Counted from the stretch's first letter, positions 19,029 through 29,085 are shown. The stretch is DNA of 32,000 bases from Candidatus Electronema halotolerans (GCA_942493095.1 OW818675.1:2310001-2342000), one strand, 5' to 3'. Program-made: numbers and translations. The notes: generated from the sequence alone by a model not told the origin.

Positions 19029-19873
19029 AGAATAACCGGCGTTTCTGGCAGGGGAGCTGAGGCGGAAGCAGGTTTCTCAGCCTTGGCGGCAATGATTTCT
19101 GGAATCACTTTGGACACATCCTCGTGATGCTCAAGGATGATGAGCTGATCGCCCATGAGCTGTTTCCAGCCGTCCATGACCTCCTTTCTGCTGCCTGAAC
19201 TGGTCTCGCGAATATGGAGGTGGAAGACGTGATACTTCTGCCGCGCCTTGTCTAACAATTCCACCGCAGACCATGCCTGATACTGGCCTGCGCCCATGAG
19301 TTTCTGCAAAGCCGGTGCAGGAATTTCCGGCAAAGTCGGCTCATCGCCGATGGTGAAGAGAAAGCCTTTCTGCTTCCGCTTGTCAAAGCAGTCAATCGCG
19401 GTATGAAAGGCGGCAAAATACCACGCCAGCAAATAGCTTTCACCCATATTGCCGCCGCCGCCACCCTCCAGATAGACATCAGTCAGCCACTTGTCCAACA
19501 GCTCGTCGCTAGACTCAAACTGGCCGACTTGCAGCGGGCTGCGGTCGCACTCGTGGTCGCCGACTGCGAGAAAGAGAAGTTGCGGGTCCTTGGTGCCGCT
19601 CTGGATGATTCGGCCCATGATCGTGGGCAGCCCTTCCTTGACCAAGTGGTGAGGAATAGACCCCATTGAACCGGTCACATCCAAGGCAAGGACAATGGAC
19701 ACGGACTCAGGATGCTCGGCAGAGTCGCGTGATTCCCGCACATTGATGCCGTGCGGATTCATGGCGTTGTTGATTGACCGCTGCGAGAATATCTCGCGGG
19801 CCGATTTGGTGCTGTAGCCTGCTTTCCTAGCCCGCACCGCCCGGTCATCCACTGAATACGTTCCCCAGCCCAT
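19025..19873 (-). CDS. von Willebrand factor A (vWA) domain protein
   Basis: Likely start MGWGTYSVDDRAVRARKAGYST at 19873; VSIVLALDVTGSMGSIPHHLV (MIDAS-like DxTxS) ... LFLAVGDHECD ... GGGGGNMGESYLLAWYFA ... LFTIGDEP. Confidence 0.87.
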   Translation of the reverse strand: MGWGTYSVDDRAVRARKAGYSTKSAREIFSQRSINNAMNPHGINVRESRDSAEHPESVSIVLALDVTGSMGSIPHHLVKEGLPTIMGRIIQSGTKDPQLLFLAVGDHECDRSPLQVGQFESSDELLDKWLTDVYLEGGGGGNMGESYLLAWYFAAFHTAIDCFDKRKQKGFLFTIGDEPTLPEIPAPALQKLMGAGQYQAWSAVELLDKARQKYHVFHLHIRETSSGSRKEVMDGWKQLMGDQLIILEHHEDVSKVIPEIIAAKAEKPASASAPLPETPVIL

Positions 19874-19874
19874 T

Positions 19875-20213
19875 TTATTTTCCTCCGAACAGATAGTTGT
19901 ACCGCTGCTTGGCGATTTCCAAGGTGATCTCAGCCTGCCTGATCTTGATGCCGAGGTCAATATCTTTGCTCACGTATTCTTCACAATTGAAATCGCTGGC
20001 TAAAATCAGGCTTTGGGTGGTGGTCGGCGAGAGGTCGAGCATGTATTCTTGCTCCCGCTGCATCTTGCGGATGCTGATTTCTAAGTCTTCGATCTTGCGT
20101 TTGTAAACCAGCTCCGCATCTTCAGCAATGGCCGCAGCCCGGTCTGCTCTGATTTCCTTGTTGTTCCGTGTTAGGGAGCTGATAAAGGCCCCGGCCAGCT
20201 CTTTCTCGTCCAT
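19875..20213 (-). CDS. Small helical/coiled-coil-like protein, first gene of the PurA-like/vWA operon
   Basis: 112 aa MDEKELAGAFISSLTRNNKEIRADRAAAIAEDAELVYKRKIEDLEISIRKMQREQEYML...; stop TAA 1 bp before the vWA start codon (TAAAATG). Confidence 0.75.
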   Translation of the reverse strand: MDEKELAGAFISSLTRNNKEIRADRAAAIAEDAELVYKRKIEDLEISIRKMQREQEYMLDLSPTTTQSLILASDFNCEEYVSKDIDLGIKIRQAEITLEIAKQRYNYLFGGK

Positions 20214-20422
20214 TTTTTTCTCCGTCGTGTTCCAGCAAGCAGATTCGCCACGGCCATGAAATCACTGATTATGGCTGGGCAGGCTGTCAAGCTGTTCATC
20301 CTACGCAGGCTGCAAGAGACTGTCAAGGAAAAGATCAGGGCGGCGCAAGTGTGCCAGTCTATTACAGGGGTCAATTTATAACTGATTTAATTTTTTTAAA
20401 AAGTTGAGAAGCTGGGTAATGG

Positions 20423-20491
20423 CTGGTGCAGACCGGGCCAAGAGCGGCGGCTCATTACAGTATTGTCATTCTTGCAGTACCGCCTCTGTTG
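20423..20491 (+). pseudogene. Decayed partial duplicate of the 5' part of the downstream O-antigen ligase gene
   Basis: Frame reads LVQTGPRAAAHYSIVILAVPPLL; active-gene copy at 20817-20885 reads LVRAGPRAAAHCSIVILAALPLL (18/23 identical by eye, with nucleotide similarity). Confidence 0.7.
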
Positions 20492-20546
20492 TGGCAGTTT
20501 ACTTTGATTTCTCGCCACATTTCTCTACAAGACAGTGTGCTTTCAT

Positions 20547-20575
20547 CCCGCCAGAACCGAGCGGGTCTTTTTTTT
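20547..20575 (+). terminator. Possible rho-independent terminator
   Basis: CCCGC-CAGAACCGA-GCGGG stem followed by TC and a T-run; short 5-bp stem. Confidence 0.4.
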
Positions 20576-20741
20576 CAAAAATCTTGACTTTTTCTGCTGA
20601 AATGATACAGTGAGTCATCTCATGAAGATAGCGATATATTATTTGAGAATAAGAAATAAATCTATACCCCACCCCATTTTCGGTTTAAAGGATAATGAGC
20701 TAAAAAGAAGCAAGATGATCTGCGCAAGTATCTGATCAGCG

Positions 20742-21554
20742 ATGTGTATATTCCGAATCTCTCTGTCGGATATCCTCCTTTATCTGCTGCTCTTGGCCGG
20801 ACCTGTTTTCGGCGGGCTGGTGCGGGCCGGGCCAAGAGCAGCGGCACATTGCAGCATTGTCATCCTCGCCGCCCTGCCCTTGTTGGTCGGCATCTGTCGC
20901 GGCAACCTCAAGCTGCGCCGCAGCCTGCTTGATCTGCCTCTCATTCTGTTTCTTCTTGCCGTCTTTCTCTCTGTCAGCAAGGCGGTGTATCCTTATGCGG
21001 CCAGAACCGAGTTGTTCCGGCTGCTCGCCTGCATCGCCGTGTTGTACGTTGTCGTCCACACCCAGCGCGGCACGATACAACTTTTCCGGCTCTGTCAGGT
21101 GCTGGTCATTGCTGGCGGCATTCATGCAGGACTGGGTCTGCTTTTGGCAGCTCACAATCATGGCGGCATTTCCCTCTTCTTTGCCAATCACAGCCATTTT
21201 GCCGGGCATTTAGAGATGCTGGTTTGGCTGGCCGTCGGACTGGCGATTGTCAGTCATGAGGAAAAACGGCTCATCTTTTTCAGCTTGGGCATTTTGCTGG
21301 CGGCGGCAACCGTCTTTTCCCTGTCCCGTGGCGGGGTGATCAGTCTGGCTGCGGGAGGATGCTTTTATTTTGCCGTGTTAGTCGGCATCAACAAGAGGCT
21401 GCCGGGTTCGCTGCGATTGCTGATTGTGTTTATCCTGCTTTTGTTTGCAGCTCTTGTTCATCTCGGCATAGACCCAATCATGGCCCGGCTGCAAACCTTG
21501 AGGGTACCTCGAAAAATTGGTATTTTTGGCAGTTGTTGCGTTGTAAATGTCTGA
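20742..21554 (+). pseudogene. N-terminal fragment of O-antigen ligase/polymerase (Wzy/WaaL-like), interrupted by a MITE-like insertion
   Basis: 270 aa, multiple TM helices, FFANHSHFAGHLEMLVWLAVG and SLSRGG motifs; frame ends inside the inserted element. Confidence 0.8.
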
Positions 21555-21604
21555 TTATTCGATCACGCCTTCGGCAAAATCGGTATTTTTCGAGGTACCC
21601 TTGA
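21498..21604. mobile_element. MITE-like element (21502-21600, 99 bp) flanked by TTGA direct duplications
   Basis: Left end GGGTACCTCGAAAAAT (21502-21517), right end ATTTTTCGAGGTACCC (21585-21600), perfect 16-bp TIRs; TTGA at 21498-21501 and 21601-21604. Confidence 0.88.
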
Positions 21605-23748
21605 CTGATCCCCTGACCGCAAATCAGGGTCGGCTGGACATCTGGCAGGGAACGCTGACAATGATTGCGGAACGGCCTTTGCTCGGCTGGGGACTGGGTT
21701 GTTTTCCCTTTGCCTTTCCCGCTTTTCAACCAGACTCGCTGGCAAGATGGTTTATCAACCATGCTCATAACGACTATTTGGAGCTGGCAGCGGAAACCGG
21801 CCTGCTTGGACTGACAGCGGCCCTGCTTGCGGTTTCAGTGCTGTTCATTGCCTGCCTGCGCAAGCTGCACACTGCCGAGCGCAGGCATTTCCAGCCGGTC
21901 GGAGCCGGTGCCTTGGCTGGCTGCTTTGCTCTGCTCATTCATTCGACAACCGATTTCAACTTTCATATTCCGGCAAACGCTATTCTTTTTGCGGTCTTGG
22001 CAGGCATTGCCCTTGTTGCTGCGGCAGGTGCTTCAGGCTGGGAAGAGGCATCTGCACATATCTCGTTCAATTGGAGCGGCAAGCTGGCCGGGACAGCCGC
22101 AGTTTGTCTGATAGCCTGCTTGGCGGGCGCAGCAGCCCTTTCCCCGTATCTTGGCCGCAACTACGCGGATAAGGCGGACAACTATCAGCAGCAGAAAAAA
22201 TATGAAGCGGCAGCCGCTGCCTTGGAACAGGCCATGCACTATGATCCCGGCAATGCGGAACTGATGCAGGCTATGGCTGACCAGTTCATGTTTCAAGCGT
22301 GGAACGGAGAACAGCGGAAGAGACGACTCTATCTGCGCAAGGCACTTGTCTGGCAGGAAAAGGCTGTAGCTGCTTGTTCGGTCTGCGGTGAATTCATGAG
22401 CAGAAAGGCGTATCTTCTTGGCCAGCTCGGCAGGCATGAAGATGAGGAGCAGACACTTTGGGCGGCTTTGCGGCTTCAGCCTGCGGACAGCTTTTCCAAC
22501 TACCGTTTGGCAAGTCTCTGTCTCAGAAAAGGAAAAACCGCTCAAGCATTCCAGTATTTCCGCCGTTTTTTAGCGTTGAGCAATCCGAACCGGCTGGGCA
22601 TGGTATTGGATGAGCTGGCCGCAGCAGGAGCTGAGATATACTCGTTAGGCCGGGCAGTTCCGGCAACAGCAGCGTTTCGGCGAACTTTTGCCGCATGGTT
22701 GCGCAAAAAAGATAAAATCGCTTTAGCCTTGCGCGAACTGAAGCTGGCTTTTATCTTGGAGCCTGACGAGAACAACGCCCTTGCCTATCTGCGTCTGTTC
22801 CGCCGCCGCACAGATGCCGCCGCCGCTCTTGCAGAAACCGGGAAATATCTGAGCCGCTTTCCTGATTCGCTGCGTTTGCTGGAGGAAAAGGCTGTCTTGC
22901 TGGAACAGCTCGGCAGAACGACAGAGGCCATGTTTGTCTATCAAACCTTGCAGAAGTCAGCCCAGCAGGCTGGCCATGCTGCCGCAGTGCGCTGGTATCT
23001 TAAATTGGCCCAACTCCATGCCGCAGACAAAAGTCCGCTTGAGGCGGTCGCTGTTCTGCGGCAGGGCATCAAAAAATATCCTGACGAGGCGCAGTTCTAT
23101 TATGCCTTGGGTCTGCATCTCCGCAGTCTGGGCAGGAGGGATGAGGCATCAGCCGCCTTGCAGCAGGCGGTTAAGTTTGCCCCGGAAAACACGGCGTACC
23201 GATACCAGCTTGGCGCGGAATATCAGCGGGCCGGATTGACTGGCAAGGCGTTTATGGAATGGGACAAATGTCTGCAAATGCAACCTGATTCTAAACCGTG
23301 CCAAGCGGCGATGGCGAAGATGGAGGAGGCGCAAGCCGGTCTGCCAAGAGAGCTGCTCAGATATGAACTGGGGCCGCCTGCCGAGTTTGAGAATCAGGAA
23401 AAGGAGATACGGTATTTCCTCCATATTGCGGCTAAATATGAAGAACTGGCCCGGCCTGCGAAGGCGGAAGCAGTGCTGCGCTGGGGAATCGGCAAGTATC
23501 CGCAAGAGGCCCGGCTGTACTATGCCTTGGGCATGTTGCTGCGGCAGACAGGTGAAGGCGGAAAAGCCTTGGCAGCCTTGCGGCAGGCAGTCTTTTTTGA
23601 TTATGACAAAGCTGAATATCGGCGGCAGCTTGGTGAGGAATACCAGCGGGCCGGACAGCCGCAAAAGGCTGCTGCGGAGTGGCGGGTCTGCTTGACCATT
23701 CAGCCGGATTTTGCTGAATGCAAGGAAGGACTGGAGCAGGCAGAGTGA
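21547..23748 (+). CDS. C-terminal half of O-antigen ligase/polymerase fused to TPR repeats
   Basis: 733 aa ORF; after the element: GRLDIWQGTLTMIAERPLLGWGLGCFPFAFP ... NHAHNDYLELAAETGLLG (Wzy_C-type motif) then TPR repeats (YYALGLHLRSLGRRDEASAALQQAVKFAPENTAYRYQLG). Confidence 0.85.
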   Translation: MSDYSITPSAKSVFFEVPLTDPLTANQGRLDIWQGTLTMIAERPLLGWGLGCFPFAFPAFQPDSLARWFINHAHNDYLELAAETGLLGLTAALLAVSVLFIACLRKLHTAERRHFQPVGAGALAGCFALLIHSTTDFNFHIPANAILFAVLAGIALVAAAGASGWEEASAHISFNWSGKLAGTAAVCLIACLAGAAALSPYLGRNYADKADNYQQQKKYEAAAAALEQAMHYDPGNAELMQAMADQFMFQAWNGEQRKRRLYLRKALVWQEKAVAACSVCGEFMSRKAYLLGQLGRHEDEEQTLWAALRLQPADSFSNYRLASLCLRKGKTAQAFQYFRRFLALSNPNRLGMVLDELAAAGAEIYSLGRAVPATAAFRRTFAAWLRKKDKIALALRELKLAFILEPDENNALAYLRLFRRRTDAAAALAETGKYLSRFPDSLRLLEEKAVLLEQLGRTTEAMFVYQTLQKSAQQAGHAAAVRWYLKLAQLHAADKSPLEAVAVLRQGIKKYPDEAQFYYALGLHLRSLGRRDEASAALQQAVKFAPENTAYRYQLGAEYQRAGLTGKAFMEWDKCLQMQPDSKPCQAAMAKMEEAQAGLPRELLRYELGPPAEFENQEKEIRYFLHIAAKYEELARPAKAEAVLRWGIGKYPQEARLYYALGMLLRQTGEGGKALAALRQAVFFDYDKAEYRRQLGEEYQRAGQPQKAAAEWRVCLTIQPDFAECKEGLEQAE

Positions 23749-23826
23749 AAACCGGGCCAAGCCTTATTGACAAGGGATATGCAAGCAATTATGATGACTT
23801 ATCGTTCAACTTCTGGAGGAGAGAAA

Positions 23827-25251
23827 ATGAAAGCCTTTTTTACCGTGATTACTGTGTTGCTGGTGTCTTTGTCACTGTTATCCGCTTTTCTGCCGGAAAC
23901 AGCATTGGCGGCAGAGAAAAAGATCACCACAGTTCCAAAGGCGGCAGATATCGTTATTTCAGGTAAGGTTATGCAGATTGCTGAAAGTTCTCCTGTCAAG
24001 GATGCCTTAGTAAGCGCGACAGACGCAGACGGATACACATGGGTTGTTGCAACAGAAAAGGACGGTAGGTACACGATGGACGGTCTTGCTTCCAAAAAAT
24101 ATCAGCTAACCGCATCTGCTGACGGATACATGGAAGCGACAAAGGATATTACTTTGACATCAGAACAAAAATCTGGTGTTGATTTTGTCCTGTCAAAATG
24201 GGGAAGTATTGCTGGGGCTGTGCTCAAGGGAGACGGAAAAACGCCAGTTACGGATGTGCTGATCTTTGCCCGTGGAGATGGTGATAAAATGGCGACTGCA
24301 AAAACCGACACCAGCGGGAAGTTCAAGATTGAGCATGTGGAAAGCGGAACCTATGCAGTGACTGTTGTACATGATCAATACGGATTTACAGGGAAGCAGG
24401 TTGTTGTCAAGAGTGGGCAGGATGTTGTGGGAGTTGCCCTGACTGCACTGCCCGGGAAGATTTACGGAACAGTACAGGCGGAAGCAACCGGTAGGCCGAT
24501 TGCAAAGGCAAAAATCACGGCCCGAAGAATGAGCCTCCAAGAGGATCAAATGGGACAGTCTGTTCAGATGTCAGTTTCTTCTGGAGAAAGAGGCGGTTAT
24601 GCGATTGAAGGATTGGGCGCAGGCGAGTTCAGCGTGCAGGTCAGCGGCAAGGGGTACGGAACAATGACTGCACATGTTGTCTTGAACCAGAAGCAGACAC
24701 AGGTTAGGCAAGATTTTGATCTGCCTGCTCAAGGCGGCATTTCAGGGCGGATAATGGGCAGGAAATCTGGTGAACCTGTTGAAATCATAGTCATGGATGC
24801 AGGGGGAACTTTGCTGAAGCCTGAAGAGACAGCGGTGCATCCAGACAACACATACGTTGTCAAAAGATTAGCTCCTGGAGAGTATACGGTTGTCTTTAAG
24901 CTGGGAGACAGTATGAATGCACGGCGCAGTGTTTCTGTTACCAGAGGTAAAATAACAGAGGTGATTGATCTGGTGTTAGAAAAACACAACGGCTCAATCT
25001 CAGGGCATGTTTATTCAGCACAAAAAAAGCCTGTTGCAGGTGCGGTTATTGTTGCAGGTTCAGATATTTCTGGAAATTATGCAACAAGTGGTGATGACGG
25101 AAGCTACAGCATCAAAGGATTGGCTCCTGGACTTTATAACCTGACAGTGACTATATCAGACCAGCGGACGTTCAGAAAAGAGAGAATAGCTGTAGAGAAG
25201 GACAAGGCAATTAAGCGAATTGATTTCACTGTTACAGCAGAACAGGAGTGA
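23827..25251 (+). CDS. Secreted protein with repeated carboxypeptidase-regulatory-like/Cna-B-like beta-sandwich domains
   Basis: Signal peptide MKAFFTVITVLLVSLSLLSAFLPETALAA; repeated ISGKVMQ...SPVKDALVSATDADGYTWVVATEKDGRYTMDGLASKKYQLTASADGY type units; in-frame start at 23827. Confidence 0.88.
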   Translation: MKAFFTVITVLLVSLSLLSAFLPETALAAEKKITTVPKAADIVISGKVMQIAESSPVKDALVSATDADGYTWVVATEKDGRYTMDGLASKKYQLTASADGYMEATKDITLTSEQKSGVDFVLSKWGSIAGAVLKGDGKTPVTDVLIFARGDGDKMATAKTDTSGKFKIEHVESGTYAVTVVHDQYGFTGKQVVVKSGQDVVGVALTALPGKIYGTVQAEATGRPIAKAKITARRMSLQEDQMGQSVQMSVSSGERGGYAIEGLGAGEFSVQVSGKGYGTMTAHVVLNQKQTQVRQDFDLPAQGGISGRIMGRKSGEPVEIIVMDAGGTLLKPEETAVHPDNTYVVKRLAPGEYTVVFKLGDSMNARRSVSVTRGKITEVIDLVLEKHNGSISGHVYSAQKKPVAGAVIVAGSDISGNYATSGDDGSYSIKGLAPGLYNLTVTISDQRTFRKERIAVEKDKAIKRIDFTVTAEQE

Positions 25252-25255
25252 TATT

Positions 25256-25870
25256 ATGTATTCATTAAAAATGTCAAGTCTTTTAATCGTTAGTATATTA
25301 GTATGTTCGCTTATATTGCCTCAGAAATTATTTGGGCTATCATGTCCTCCTTGTACAGCGGAACAAAATGCTCTTCAACAGGCGAAAGATCGATTGCAAA
25401 GAGCAAAGGATGCCCTTAATCCTGCTGAAGAAAAAGTTCAAGATGCTGAAGATGTTTTGCGGTTTGCGTCAGCAGCGTTTCTTGCAGCTGAGGCAGCATG
25501 GTATGGTGCATGTGTTCGCGTCCCTACTTTTTGGGGTTGTGCAGGTGCAACGATGGCTTTGGGATTGGCTGCTGCTGCTCTTGATTATGCTAATTCAAAA
25601 TATCAACAAGCTGCTGCAGAACTACAGATTGCAAGAACAGAAGTGCAAATAGCTGTGTTGCTAGTTCAAAATGCTCTAAAAAAATTGCAGGCTTGTCAAG
25701 CAAGAGCAAATCCCGGCGAATGTAAGAAATGTGAGAATGGAACTATTCAGAACGACAATGGAGCACCTTGTGATGATGGTGACGAATGCACAAAAGACGA
25801 AGCGTGTATGGGTGGAGAATGCGGAGGAGGAAAACGAGTTAATAGCAGAGAAAACGATAACTGCCGGTAA
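25256..25870 (+). CDS. Secreted coiled-coil protein with C-terminal Cys-rich module
   Basis: Signal-like N-terminus MYSLKMSSLLIVSILVCSLILPQKLFGLSCPPC, helical heptad-like region, C-terminal CKKCENGTIQNDNGAPCDDGDECTKDEACMGGECGGGKRV. Confidence 0.75.
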   Translation: MYSLKMSSLLIVSILVCSLILPQKLFGLSCPPCTAEQNALQQAKDRLQRAKDALNPAEEKVQDAEDVLRFASAAFLAAEAAWYGACVRVPTFWGCAGATMALGLAAAALDYANSKYQQAAAELQIARTEVQIAVLLVQNALKKLQACQARANPGECKKCENGTIQNDNGAPCDDGDECTKDEACMGGECGGGKRVNSRENDNCR

Positions 25871-25926
25871 CGAGTTTTGCTTCTCTGTCCGATTGATGCA
25901 GTCATCTTCACGGAATGGCGGCCATC

Positions 25927-25954
25927 GTAGGGGCGAAAAATCTTTCGCCCCTAC
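25927..25954. repeat. Second copy of the 28-bp palindrome (one change)
   Basis: GTAGGGGCGAAAAATCTTTCGCCCCTAC versus GTAGGGGCGAAAAATTTTTCGCCCCTAC at 17895-17922. Confidence 0.8.
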
Positions 25955-26088
25955 AAGGGGATTTGCAAACCGTTGGCAATTGATGACTTGTCTATGACAG
26001 GGTGCGTACCACGCAGTGCCATCATAGCGATGCAGCGGCAGAGAAAAGCATCTTTTTGATGCAGGGCACGCACAGAGGAGGGTATCCT

Positions 26089-26319
26089 TTATGCGATATC
26101 CTCCCGCTCCCGTCCGCTACGGACAATATCAATAATTTCCTTTGTTGAAACAGAAGCTTTTATTGAGGGGACATCCAGAGGGGAACAAGTGCTTTTTTCA
26201 GGAACTAAAGCATACGCCCGCCCGTCTTTCCTTCGGATGAGCACCTTTCCTGTATGTTGCGCCCGATCAAGAACAGCGGAGAGCTTCTGTCTGGCTTCCG
26301 AATAGGTGAAAACATCCAT
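26089..26319 (-). CDS. Phd/YefM-family antitoxin-like protein
   Basis: 76 aa MDVFTYSEARQKLSAVLDRAQHTGKVLIRRKDGRAYALVPEK; classic SEARxxLSxVLDxAxxxGxVxIxRxxG pattern; GGAGG Shine-Dalgarno within the end of the toxin gene. Confidence 0.88.
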   Translation of the reverse strand: MDVFTYSEARQKLSAVLDRAQHTGKVLIRRKDGRAYALVPEKSTCSPLDVPSIKASVSTKEIIDIVRSGREREDIA

Positions 26320-26320
26320 C

Positions 26321-26719
26321 TTATACCTCCAGTATTGATATGTTAAGCTGTCGGGCCGTCTTCTTTAACTTTGCATCCAATGTCAGCAGCGGCGCTTTCA
26401 TTCTCAACGCACAATCCAAAAAATATGCATCGTATGCATACATGTTGCTCTGCTTGGATATGGAAACGGCATTTACAAAATCAGGCTCAATATAACGAAG
26501 AGGAATGCTTTGGAAAATTTCAAGTCCTTTCCTGGCTGCTTCAAGGGTCAGCCGGTTTCTTTTAAACATTGCTGAAAACGCATTCCCGATTTCCCAGGGA
26601 ATGGAACCGGGGCCGATAAGTGAATTTCCTTTTGTCAATTCAATAATCCTGATGCGTTCAGGCTCGTCTGTAATAACGGCGATCAATGCGCAAGTATCGA
26701 CTACGACATCCATCTTCAC
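26321..26719 (-). CDS. PIN-domain toxin (VapC-like)
   Basis: 132 aa; DVVVDTCALIAVI ... EIGNAFSAMFKR ... AYDAYFLDCALRMKAPLLTLDAKLKKTA; conserved acidic PIN residues; stop 1 bp before the antitoxin start. Confidence 0.88.
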   Translation of the reverse strand: MKMDVVVDTCALIAVITDEPERIRIIELTKGNSLIGPGSIPWEIGNAFSAMFKRNRLTLEAARKGLEIFQSIPLRYIEPDFVNAVSISKQSNMYAYDAYFLDCALRMKAPLLTLDAKLKKTARQLNISILEV

Positions 26720-26801
26720 TCCTGATGCATACTATTTTCTACAATTGTACAATAAGAATGGCGTTACTGCAAGTGAAAATCTCGGTAGGCCGTTCCTCTC
26801 G

Positions 26802-26823
26802 TTCCCACGCTCCAACGTGGGAA
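26802..26823. repeat. Imperfect palindromic dispersed-type repeat
   Basis: TTCCCACG-CTCCAA-CGTGGGAA, 8-bp perfect arms. Confidence 0.6.
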
Positions 26824-27088
26824 TGCTTCTCCTGTCCGGCAGCCCGAAAAGAGGTGACACGACTTCATCAAACCGAAGGAAACCAGAAACTTTTCAAGAG
26901 CCTTGCTTCGGGCCGCTGTGCATCTTTTTGATGCAGGGGCATTCCGTGCAAAAGATGCTGACAGCACAACCTCCAAGATAACGGCGCAGCAAAAGCCGAA
27001 GTACAAAGAGCATCAACGATTGACAGACGGGACACATTGATGATACACTGGTCTTAAACTAGTCTATTTTATAGTCCAAGGAGACATC

Positions 27089-27468
27089 ATGGAAACCGTC
27101 GGCACTTATATATAATTCCTCAGACCGTCTATGAGGAATTTTTTGCATCATGCACTGCTGCCGAAGAACAGCACTTTCAGGAGGCTGGCAAAGGTTTTAT
27201 CCAGATCGTCAAGGTTGAGCGGCTCCATCCGTTTTCGAGACGGTTTGACAAAGGAGAACGAGAGGTGCTCAGTCTGGCACTTCAGGAAAAGGCCAATTTC
27301 GTGATTCTTGATGACCGGAAAGCATTTAATGAAGCACGTGAGCTGCATCTTGCAGTTATTTCCACACGGACAGTGTTGACCTTCGCGGAGGAACGGCATC
27401 TTGTTCAAGATTATCGAGAGATTGAAGAAGAACTTCGAGCAAATCAGCTTCATCCTCCGAAATATTGA
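27089..27468 (+). pseudogene. Deleted toxin-antitoxin operon: antitoxin start (METVGTYI*) abutting the 3' part of a DUF3368/PIN-like toxin
   Basis: AAGGAG SD then ATG at 27089 reads METVGTYI*, resembling the start of Phd-type antitoxins; an overlapping frame (about 27109-27468) reads YIIPQTVYEEFFASCTAAEEQHFQEAGKGFIQIVKVERLHPFSRRFDKGEREVLSLALQEKANFVILDDRKAFNEARELHLAVISTRTVLTFAEERHL... with no start codon and no N-terminal catalytic Asp segment. Confidence 0.72.
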
Positions 27469-27517
27469 AACACCCTTAAATATGACGCGCTGAACTGAAT
27501 GCCTTTGGAAATTTAGC

Positions 27518-29085
<1,568 letters not shown>

